A DNA stretch of 64,000 nt, taken from contig NIVC01001911.1 in NCBI GenBank assembly GCA_002269645.1, positions 62,001 through 126,000 of the forward strand, given 5' to 3'. Origin of the DNA: Macrostomum lignano (Eukaryota). The notes under the pieces were generated by a model that was not told where the DNA came from, did no database searches, and saw nothing but the letters and a program-made list of their open reading frames with translations. Shown piece by piece: positions 53,428-64,000 of the stretch; the stretch's first letter is position 1; every line of letters starts with the position of its first letter. Made by a program: the position numbers and the translations under genes.

Positions 53428-54399
53428 TTTATATGTTAGCGAATAGCAGACTTCTAAATCTAATAAGACGAGAATTAACCCTGAGACGTTCGCTAAAAGA
53501 CTTAACAAACGCAATAAATAAAGAAACAAGAGAAAATTCAATCGATGCAAGGAATAGGTCTATGGCCTAGGTCTAGGTCTAGGTTGTTTCCGTTTTTTTA
53601 TAACCTCATAATCCTGCTTGCTTGCTTTGCTGGCTTTCGATTGGTCACTGCAGGCCGGGACTGGGGGGTCTAGGCTTTGGGTTTGGGGTGGCTCTTCGCA
53701 CTAAGGCTTTGGGGGGTTCGGGCTTCGGGGTTGAGGGGTGGAGGGGTTTCTTCGCGTACGAAAGTTAAAGGACACATCCGATCGATCGATATTTTCTTCC
53801 CGCACCAAACCCCACGGAACTGACAGACAGGCCCTCCTCACATCGTCAGCCAACCAACCCAGCCTAAGGAATTAAGAGTATTAGGAAAGAAGGCTTTAGA
53901 CTAATTCCAGATAAACAAACAGCAGCTGCCAGCTGCCCATCACAGATCACAGAAATAATCTAGACAAAAGATAAAGAATAATTATTTAGTTTGTAATCAG
54001 TTGGCCAGCTTTGTACAAGGGTGGCGCCATGAAATTTACTGCGAGTTTCTTCTTATGCATTTCCTTATTTGGATAATAAGTGACAATAATAAGTGTATTT
54101 AAACAACGAAACACACTAATCTTTCTGTTTCTTATTTCTTTCTTCCCTTTCCAAAGAAGCCATCTGATTCCGGTTTGAAGTCTCAGTAGGGGGGTGTTAT
54201 TAGAGACTGAGCTTCCTTCATTGCAGTTCCCGCTCAATTATAATTTAGGATATACTTATTGTTATTCGCCTAATAACACGCTTGCTCGTGACTAAGCATT
54301 CAATTCTTCCCGGTGAATTTTTTATGATGAACAGGTGAGTGAAAGATTATGCGTAATCCATGCTCGACTTAACGAGCTGTGCAAAGCGGATGAAGGAAC

Positions 54400-55040
54400 A
54401 CCCTGTCTCTACTCCTACTCCTCTATACCTATCACTACTCCTCTATACCTGTCTCTACTCATCTATACCTGTCTGTACTCTACTATACCTGTCCGTACTC
54501 TTCTATACCTGTCTGTACTCTTCTATACCTGTCTCTACTCATCTATACCTGTCTGTACTCTACTATACCTGTCTGTACTCTTCTATACCTGTCTGTACTC
54601 TACTATACCTGTCCCTACCCTTCTATACCTGTCTGTACTCTTCTATACCTGTCTGTACTCTACTATACCTGTCTGTACTCTACTATACCTGTCTTTACTT
54701 ATCTATACCTGTCCGTACTCATCTATACCTGTCCGTACTCTACTATACCTGTCCGTACTCTTCTATACCTGTTGTACTCTTCTATACCTGTCTGTACTCA
54801 TCTATACCTGTCCGTACTCTTCTATACCTGTCTTTACTTATCTATACCTGTCTGTACTCATCTATACCTGTCTGTACTCATCTATACCTGTCCGTACTCT
54901 TCTATACCTGTCTTTACTTATCTATACCTGTCCGTACTCATCTATACCTGTCTGTACTATTCTATACCTGTCTGTACTATTCTATACCTGTCTTTACTTA
55001 TCTATACCTGTCTCTACTGTTCTATACCTGTCTATACTCT
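54400..55040. repeat. 20-bp minisatellite, same family as 44005-44570
   Basis: (TACCTGTCTGTACTC(T/A)TCTA)n. Confidence 0.95.
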
Positions 55041-55765
55041 GTATATGTCTGTATCTTTTGTTACACAAATTTCAGAAAACTTGTTTCCACATAATCAATG
55101 CTTATTTTTAAGCCTTTACGAGTAGAAACGTTTCCATTCTAACCTGATCTTCTTTTCCCTCGTCTACAGTATTATTTGATCCATGAAAACGTATCGAGTA
55201 TTAGGCGTTGACTGTTGACTGTTCTCAGTACTTCTTTCCCACCCCCATTTTCTAATCCCCCCAAGTATACGGTACACCCGGACACATGGTTTTCAAGCTA
55301 AAGCGCGTGCATATCCTTGATCGGTTTTACCACATACAGCCCCTCTTTCTGATCGCCAATAATCGATATTAAGTGAATGTCGCTGAGCCGTGTCCCAGTT
55401 GGCTGGTGAGGCTCAAGGGTGAGCGGGGGGTGAGCAGAGAATGAAATCAAGCGGGACAGCGGCTGAACTTGGAGAGGGGGAGAGGGTGGCAAACAGAGGG
55501 AAGAATTTTTGCTTTGGTCCCTTTTCTGATCTCTCCGAAGCCTGCTAATCCGTCCCGGACAGAGACAGTCTCAAGCAGTGGCTGACTAGCAGTTCAAAAA
55601 AGGAAGCTTTTAATATTGGGAGGGCGACTCTTCGGCGAGACTTGCATGACGATTTCTGGAGCTCCGTCTGCTGCTCAAAAACTTCAAATTTTAGCTTTGA
55701 TTGGTAATTGCTGAATAAGCTGCAGTCGGATTAAACTCGTACAGGAGCTCTAAGGTGAGCGCTCC

Positions 55766-56094
<329 letters not shown>

Positions 56095-56097
56095 GCA

Positions 56098-59000
56098 ATG
56101 CAGAGGCCAACGGCAGCAAACGGCTCTGGACCTCCGCCGGGGTTCTTCGCATCCACCAGTCCTGGCGGTGGCAACTTCACCCTGGCCGCACCGTCAACCA
56201 GCAGCAGCTCGGCAGCCGGTCAGGCCCGCCTGCCGAGAACCTACGTGGAGCCGTCGGTGAGGCCGCAGGCTTGGCGCCAGGAGGAGGTTGGCGCCGGTCT
56301 CGTCAACGGGAATTCCGCGTGGTTGCGGTGGTCGCGAGAGAGAAGAGCTTCGGTATGGCGTTGGGATATTGGAAGTAATTGAGGCTTACAATAATAGTTT
56401 GCTATCTATATTTTAGTAGAAAACAGTCCAGTGCAGTGCTGTAAATGGCAGGCGATGACAGCATAAAGCAGTAGCTAGTAATACAAAACACCAAACTACA
56501 ATATTATATAACATCAGTTTATATTAGATTACTGGAAACTACTGTACATTATAATACATAACAGTAGATAACAATAGATAACAGTTGATAACAGTGGCTA
56601 ACAGTGGATAACAGTAGATGACAGTGGATAACAGTGGATAACAGTAGATGACAGTGGATAGCAGTAGATACAGTAGATAACAGTAGATAACAGTGGCTAA
56701 CAGTAGATACAGTAGGTAACAGTAGATACAGTAGATAACAGTAGATAACAGTAGATAACAGTAGATAACAGTAGATAACAGTAGATACAGTAGATAACAG
56801 TAGATAGCAGTAGATGCAGTAGATAACAGTAGATAACAGTAGATAACAGTAGATAACAGTAGATAGCAGTAGATGCAGTAGATAACAGTAGATAACAGTA
56901 GATACAGTAGATAACAGTAGATAGCAGTAGATGCAGTAGATAACAGTAGATAGCAGTAGATACAGTAGATAACAGTAGATAGCAGTAGATGCAGTAGATA
57001 ACAGTAGATAACAGTAGATAACAGTAGATAACAGTAGATGCAGTAGATAACAGTAGATAACAGTAGATAACAGTAGATGCAGTAGATAACAGTAGATAAC
57101 AGTAGATAGCAGTAGATAACAGTAGATAACAGTAGATACAATAGATAACAGTAAATGATAGCAGATAACAGTAAACAGTTTTTTTTTATACCGCTGACAA
57201 CGTTTTTCAACGCTGACAGTACGGCAAGTTAAGTAGTATTGGCTGCGGTTAGTCCGCAGGGAGCAAGTGTTAAGTTAAGCGGGTTTTCGCTCACTCTGCT
57301 AAACATGTTACAGATTGTTCGCCAAAGTCAGCGTAAAGCTCGCGACTCAATCACGGCTATTCGAGAGCTGCCACCTCCGCTTAACGGTCGGCCCAACAGC
57401 GATCCCTTGGTTGCTACAGGCGACGGCTACGGTGGGGAATCGCTGCTCCCTTCGACACTGCCACCGCCGCGCCAGCGACAGCAGCCGATGCAACCGGCAC
57501 AGAGGGGAGGCCAGCGTCGTCGAGGTCGACACCAGGTGACGGAGACGGACTTGACGATGAACCAGTGGAGCCGCCTGTTGGCCTTCTGGCAGCATCCGGT
57601 GTTTAATAGGGCTCGCATAGTTGCCATGCTGTGCGTTGGTGCCGCTTTGGTTGTCGGCGTTACCTCAGTGAGCTGTCGGGCCTGGTCGACCCACCGGATG
57701 TCGGGTGAGCATCTCAGGTCATGGAGACTGTCATCTCAGGTCATAAAGACTGTCATATCAGGTCATAGAGACAGTTATCTCAGGTCATAGAGACTGTCAT
57801 CTCAGTTCATAGAGACTGTCATCTCAGGTCATGGAGACTGTCATCTCAGGTCATAGAGACTGTCATCTCAGTTCATAGAGACTGTCATCTCAGGTCATAG
57901 AGACTGTCATCTCAGGTCATAGAGACTGTCATCTCAGGTCATGGAGACTGTCATCTCAGGTCATGGAGACTGTCATCTCAGGTCATAGAGACTGTCATCT
58001 CAGGTCATAGAGACTGTCATCTCAGGTCATTGAGACTGTCATCTCAGGTCATGGAGACTGTCATCTCAGGTCATGGAGACTGTCATCTCAGGTCATAGAG
58101 ACTGTCATCTCAGGTCATAGATATAGTCATTTTAGGTCATGGAGACAGTCATCTCAGGTCATAGAGACCGTCATCTCAGGTCATAGAGACTGTCTTCTCA
58201 GATCATCGAGACTGTCATCTCAGGTCGTAGAGACTGTCATCTCAGGTCATAAGTTCCTGCATTCTATAAAGCATCCAAATTTTGAAGAGTCTAAGTGCAA
58301 TTTTTTTACAAAAAATATCTGTAGACAATGTCACTTTGGCGGCATCGGGACTCTGGGACACGTGCTTTACAGCAAACGACACCTGTATCAGTGCGTTCGA
58401 TTTGCCAACCACAAACAGCGATGCTTCTGGTGAGTAGCTGCCGCTTTGGTTTGAAAGTTTTGGTCCAGTTTGAAAAGCTAGTTCAAGACAGTGACGCAAT
58501 CAGTTCAAGACAGTGACGCAATCAGTTCAAGACAGTGACGCAATCAGTTCAAGACAGTGACGCAATCGTTTCAAGATAGTGACGGAATCAGTTCAAGACA
58601 GTGACGATGCAATCAGTTCAAGACAGTGACGCAATCAGTTCAAGATAGAATCAATACAGCTGAAGATAGGACATATTAAGCACTCTCTAACAATCATATT
58701 TGACAAAAAACTTGCAGACTGGCAAAAGTCGGTGGCCTTCCTACTGGTTTCCTCGGTACTTTTAACTGTCATTGGTTCGGTCGTAGCCCTGTGTGGATTC
58801 TGGGTCAGCTACCTGCCAAGAAAGATTTACTACTTTCATTCCTCCGGAGAAATTTTCTTCGTATGCGGTGAGCACTCATAGATCTAACTGTATTAAGATT
58901 TTTCAATGTTGGTTCAAGACTGTATCGTTATCACATACACGTATTACAGCCATGCTGTCCACCATTTCGGCTGTAATTTATCCTTATTCGCTGCAAAGAT

Positions 59001-59206
59001 TTCTACTGCATTCGATTGTTTATGGCTACGGATATTTTCTGGGCTGGGCCACGTCCGGGTTGCAGTGTCTGGCCGCGTTCTGCATGATGCTGGATTTGCT
59101 GGTTCGAGAGTCAAGCAGGCCGCTGCCCTGCGCCAAGTTCTGCTGCTGCTGCGCCTGCTGTAGAGAGGAGACCGACCGTGGAATAGGCAGGCCCTTGATG
59201 GCGTAG
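56098..59206 (+). CDS. PMP22/claudin-superfamily tetraspan protein (TMEM47/VAB-9-like) with a long N-terminal extension, about 385 aa
   Basis: Exons 56098-56352, 57314-57704, 58325-58429, 58718-58867 and 58950-59206 are phase-consistent. Claudin-type loop W...GLWDTC....C, four hydrophobic segments and YGYGYFLGW. First exon less certain. Confidence 0.82.
56555..57175. repeat. 10-bp repeat (CAGTAGATAA)n
   Basis: Read directly. Confidence 0.93.
57710..58250. repeat. 22-bp intronic minisatellite
   Basis: (CATCTCAGGTCATAGAGACTGT)n, starting just after the splice donor. Confidence 0.95.
58482..58650. repeat. 22-bp intronic minisatellite
   Basis: (AGTTCAAGACAGTGACGCAATC)n. Confidence 0.9.
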
Positions 59207-59244
59207 GATTGCTCTTGAAGCTCGATTGGTTGGAATTATCGAGG

Positions 59245-59770
59245 GGTGAGGTGGCTGCCACAAGGGGGTTGGAATTAAGGGGTTTGACGCAGTGAGGTGG
59301 CTGCCACGGGGGGGGGTAGAAATTGAGGGGTTTGACGCAGGGAGTGGGGTGGCTGCCACGGGGTAAAAATTGAGGGGTTTGACGCAGGGAGTGAGGTGGC
59401 TGCCACGGGGGTAGAAATTGAGGGGTTTGACGCAGGGAGTGGGGTGGCTGCCACGAGGGGTAGAAGTTGAGGGGTTGAGGCAGAGATTGAGGTGGCTTCC
59501 ACGGGGGGGGGGTAGAAATTGAGGGGTTTGAGGCAGGGAGTGAGGTGGCTGCCACGGGGGTAGAAACTGAGGGCTTTGAGGTAGGGAGTAAGGTGGCTGC
59601 CACGGGGGGTAGAAATTGAGGGGTTTGACGCAGGGAGTGGGGTGGCTGCCACGAGGGGTAGAAGTTGAGGGGTTGAGGCAGAGAGTGAGGTGGCTTCCAC
59701 GGGGGTAGAAACTGAGGGGTTGAGGCAAGGAGTGAGTTTGGTGCCACGGGGTGTAAAAATGGGGGTTGGG
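59245..59770. repeat. About 48-bp G-rich minisatellite
   Basis: GAGGTGGCTGCCACGGGGGTAGAAATTGAGGGGTTTGACGCAGGGAGT units. Confidence 0.9.
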
Positions 59771-60357
59771 GCAGGCATTGAAGTTATTTTGAGAACGGTA
59801 GAGATTTCAGAAAATCGAGAGAGTCATTTGATGGACTGTGCAACTTCGCTTCACTTTCAGTGACAAGTCATCGCATCCGTATCTAATCCATTCACACACT
59901 ATTGGTTTTCGGCTTTGTGAACGTTTATAATGTTTTTGAAGTTGTTTTATTTTTTAAAAAATATCATTTAAATCAAAACTCTATTGTGACATAGCTCGTA
60001 AAATGCGCTGGCTACTTACAGTAGACAATTAACATGTTTAAATATATTTTTCTACACAAATCTTGTACATACAGGTACGTGCAAAAATGTCATTAGAAAT
60101 CTTATTTTTAACGAATCTTAACTGGGTCTTATCGTTTTATTAAAATTAGGACCCAATGCAGTGCAGCATAGCTAGCTAGGAGGACAGGAATCCAGGGTGA
60201 AGAGAAAAAATATCTATAAAAACTTGGTCACTTGGCAGTCGTCTGACTTTCTTATAATCGATAAAAAATGCTTCGCTAGCATAGAGAGCCTAAAATTTGA
60301 CCTGTTAGGATTGAACAGTCTGCTTTTTTAATCTTGACGATTCGAGGACAGCCTAGT

Positions 60358-62751
60358 ATGGCGGGCAACAGGCATTCGCCGCCACATCTGCAGAAGCTGG
60401 ACTCCAGCAATCAGAGTATTCTTTTGCAAAGACGAATGGCTGCGTTTGGCACTGCCGAGCCGGATTCAAACGAGGGCGACTGCTTGGTTCAGTAAGCAGT
60501 TTGAAAACTATTAATAGACAGTTTAAAAGTTATTTCTGATCACCATTCCCTAATTAAGTATCTGCATAATTAACTCTCCCTAATTAAGTATCTGCATAAT
60601 TAACTCCCCCTAATTAAAGATCTGCATAATTAACTCTCTCCCTAATTAACGATCGGCATAATTAACTCTCTCCCTAATTAACGATCGGCATAATTAACTC
60701 TCCCTAATTAACGATCTGCATGATTAACACTCTCCCTAATTAACGATCGGCATAATTAACTCTCCCTAATTAACGATCTGCATGATTAACACTCTCCCTA
60801 ATTAACGATCTGCATGAGTAAAACTCTCCCTAATTACCGATCTGCATAATTAGCACCCTCCCTAATTAACGATCTGCATAATTAGCACCCTCCCTAATTA
60901 ACGATCTGCATAATTAGCACCCTCCCTAATTAACGATCTGCATAATTAGCACCCTCCCTAATTAACGATCTGCATAATTAGCACCCTCCCTAATTAACGA
61001 TCTGCATAATTAGCACCCTCCCTAATTAACGATCTGCATAATTAGCACCCTCCCTAATTAACGATCTGCATAATTAACACTCTCCCTAATTAACGATCTG
61101 CATAATTAACACTCTCCCTAATTAACGATCTGCATAATTAACACTCTCCCTAATTAACGATCTGCATAATTAACACTCTCCCTAATTAACGATCTGCATA
61201 ATTAACTCCCTAATTAACGATCTGCGTAATTTAAAAAATCTCTCAAATTAACGATATTGTGTAATTAAAACTCCCCCTAATTAACGATTTTGAATAATTA
61301 ACACTCCTAAAATCTTCGCATTCCAAAACGCTATTAAGGAATTCCAATAATTTAAAACATCCAGACTGACTGAAGACCGGCCACTGTCAACAGTCTCAGT
61401 AGCCCTGAGCGGCAGCTCAATAAACACCAATCGTCGCCGACAATTAGCAATGCTCCCGGCCGCTTGCAGCCATTGCGGTGAATCCTTTGATGTTTCCGAC
61501 AAAGTGCTGAAAGCTGGCGGTAGCGAGGCTTGGCATGAATGGTGCTTGAAGTGAGTGGAGTGTATAATAGCATAATTTATTTATTGATATGTATAATTTA
61601 TTGCCGACAACATAGCTTGTATATACAGATGTTTATAATCAATTTACTAGCGCCAGAGCAGAGATGTACAAATTATTTAATTTGAGTCATGAAGAGTTGT
61701 ATAAACTATTTAGTCGCAACAAAGGTGTATAACAAATTTATTAGCTCCAAAACGGAGGTGTATAAATCAATTAGCTAGCGCCAAACAGAGGTGTATAAAT
61801 CAATTAGCTAGCGCCAAACAGAGGTGTATAAATCAATTTGCTAGCGCGAAACAGAGGTGTATAAATTAATTAATTATCACCCCAACAGAGGCATATACTC
61901 GTACTAAAAAAATAAATTCAATCACACCTTACTACTGACTTTATTAGTAGTATAAACCTGCGTTAAAATAAAAAAAATTCATGTGGTCAGCAGTAATTTC
62001 TCTTGTTGACAATTTGCGTTGCCATAACTTGTAGCACCATTGTGCAGAAGGCGAGTATAGCTGAGTACAACTTTATTTCATGGAAAATAAGCAGTACAAA
62101 ACATTGCAATCTCTTCTGTCTCACAAGAGTGCTTCATCTAATTCTTTTTTCCTCATTCTGTCGGTTATAGTTTTAGCAATCTACTTTGCAAAAAAATATT
62201 AATTATGCTTTAAACTAATGCGCAGTTGCTTTATTAATTGTTGGTCTCGACCCTCGAGTACCCCAACCCCTCAGATGTGCTTGCTGGTTGGCTGGCTCTC
62301 TGCTCTCCTAGAAGAAGCAGAGACTCATGCGCGCATATAAAAGCAGGTCTTCTTGCTTTGTGTGGCAGTTCAGTTAGAAAAATTATTAATTATTATCCTT
62401 AGAAAAAATGCTGTCAGTTACGTACAGTTTAGTAACCACAGTCCAGTGCTGCGACCAGCTGGCCTTGAGCTGCATCAATATTGATGGCGATGGAGCCAGA
62501 GAGGCTGGCAAGACTTCTCACTCAGCGGGTGTGCTCGCCACGCCAAGACGATCTACAGCAGTCGATGCGGGCCGATTGACTCGGTCGGAGACTCACCCGC
62601 TCAGGCAGCGGCTGTGTCGGGTGTGCCGAGCCGTGTCGCTCGGCTCCCTGACTGCCCTGCGATGCCGGCACTGCGGCAAACCAGTGGACACCGACTCGAT
62701 GGCTGGGGCTGTCAGCCACGCTGGCGATGTGTGGCATCGGAGATGCTTCGT
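60358..62751 (+). CDS. LIM-domain protein, 5' part (continues toward or beyond the window end)
   Basis: Exons 60358-60491 and 61365-61550 join in phase (CSHCGESF..WHEWC). A further exon ends at 62751 with CRHCGKPVD..WHRRCF and donor GTGAGA; its acceptor is unresolved. Confidence 0.65.
60545..61300. repeat. 31-bp intronic minisatellite
   Basis: (TCCCTAATTAACGATCTGCATAATTAGCACC)n. Confidence 0.95.
61750..61870. repeat. 33-bp short tandem repeat
   Basis: GAGGTGTATAAATCAATTAGCTAGCGCCAAACA, 3-4 copies. Confidence 0.8.
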
Positions 62752-62769
62752 GTGAGAGGCCGGGTGGGA

Positions 62770-63790
62770 AAGTCGGAGGGTGAGAGGAGGGTGAGAGGAG
62801 AGTGAGAGGAGGGAGCGAGGAGGCTGAGAGGAGGCTGAGAGGAGGCTGAGAGGAGGGTGAGAGGAGGATGAGAGGAGGATGAGAGTGAGAAGAGGGAGTG
62901 AGCGGGAGAGAGGAGGGAGGAGAGTGAGAGGAGGGAGTGAGCGGGAGAGAGGAGGGAGGAGAGTGAGAGGAGGGAGTGAGCGGGAGAGAGGAGGGAGGAG
63001 AGTGAGAGGAGGGAGTGAGAGGGAGAGAGGGAGGAGAGTGAGAGGAGGGAGTGAGAAGGAGAGAGGAGGGAGTGAGAGGGAGAGAGGAGGGAGGATAGTG
63101 AGAGGAGGGAGTGAGAGGGAGAGAGGAGGGAGGAGAGTGAGAGGAGGGAGTGAGAAGGAGAGAGGAGGGAGGAGAGTGAGAGGGGGGAGTGAGAAGGAGA
63201 GAGGAGGGAGTGAGAGGGAGAGAGGAGGGAGGATAGTGAGAGGATGGAGTGAGAAGGAGAGAGGAGGGAGTGAGAGGGAGAGAGGAGGGAGGATAGTGAG
63301 AGGAGGGAGTGAGAAGGAGAGAGGAGGGAGGAGAGTGAGAGGAGGGAGTGAGAAGGAGAGAGGAGGGAGTGAGAGGGAGAGAGGAGGGAGGAGAGTGAGA
63401 GGGGGGAGTGAGAAGGAGAGAGGAGGGAGGAGAGTGAGAGGAGGGAGTGAGAAGGAGAGAGGAGGGAGGAGAGTGAGAGGAGGGAGTGAGCGGGAGAGAG
63501 GAGGGAGGAGAGTGAGAGGAGGGAGTGAGCGGGAGAGAGGAGGGAGGATAGTGAGAGGATGGAGTGAGAAGGAGAGAGGAGGGAGTGAGAGTGAGAGGAG
63601 GGAGTGAGAAGGAGAGAGGAGGGAGGAGAGTGAGAGGAGGGAGTGAGCGGGAGAGAGGAGGGAGGAGAGTGAGAGGGGGGAGTGAGAGGGAGAGAGGAGG
63701 GAGGAGAGTGAGAGGGGGGAGTGAGAAGGAGAGAGGAGGGAGGAGAGTGAGAGGGGGGAGTGAGAGGGAGAGAGGAGGGAGGAGAGTGAG
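62770..63790. repeat. Almost pure purine (GA-rich) tandem array
   Basis: GAGAGGAGGGAGTGAGAAGGAGAGAGGAGGGAGGA-type units. Confidence 0.93.
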
Positions 63791-64000
63791 AGCAGCTCAA
63801 TTCTACCACAAACTCGAGTTTATCGTCTGAACTTTTTCCCTTTCCCGCTCTGACGGATGAGACCAAAGAGCTCTGCAGTGCTGTTGCACTTTTCCAAACG
63901 GTACAAATCAAGTAGGTACAGAAGAATCCCAAGCTTTGGTTGCAGCTGCAGAATTGAAGATAAACTTTGAAGCCGTGTTATCGCTCTGTGCCAGGAGATT

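Noticed and set aside
53428-53550. ORF-track N-terminal extension MHRLNFLLFLY... as a signal peptide
   Set aside because: It is AT-rich, UTR-like sequence and implausible on a zinc-finger protein; Met at 53427 is preferred.

Overview
Eukaryotic genomic DNA with GT-AG introns, polyQ-rich proteins, RTE/Gypsy/Tc1/Merlin relics and more than 35 intronic or intergenic tandem arrays. The style suggests a free-living flatworm such as Macrostomum (inferred, not proven). Manually spliced gene models: VPS53 first exon (-), an NHL-repeat protein (-), sepiapterin reductase (+), a nicotinic ACh receptor alpha-type subunit (-), a Q-rich C2H2 zinc-finger protein (-), a TMEM47/PMP22-claudin-like tetraspan (+) and a partial LIM protein (+). 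The main discovery is a tandem cluster (10.9-27.8 kb, - strand) of four two-exon genes that the ORF track splits apart. They encode 104-110 aa secreted, Pro/Lys-rich, strongly cationic peptides with a signal peptide ending in G|C, a shared phase-1 intron and an NPFK..PP motif; three also share DISWPVNRP. I do not recognise this family. The middle copy looks like an unequal-crossover chimera. A 23-bp satellite appears to have arisen from the 3' splice site of this family's intron. Most long ORFs in the supplied track are tandem-repeat artefacts.
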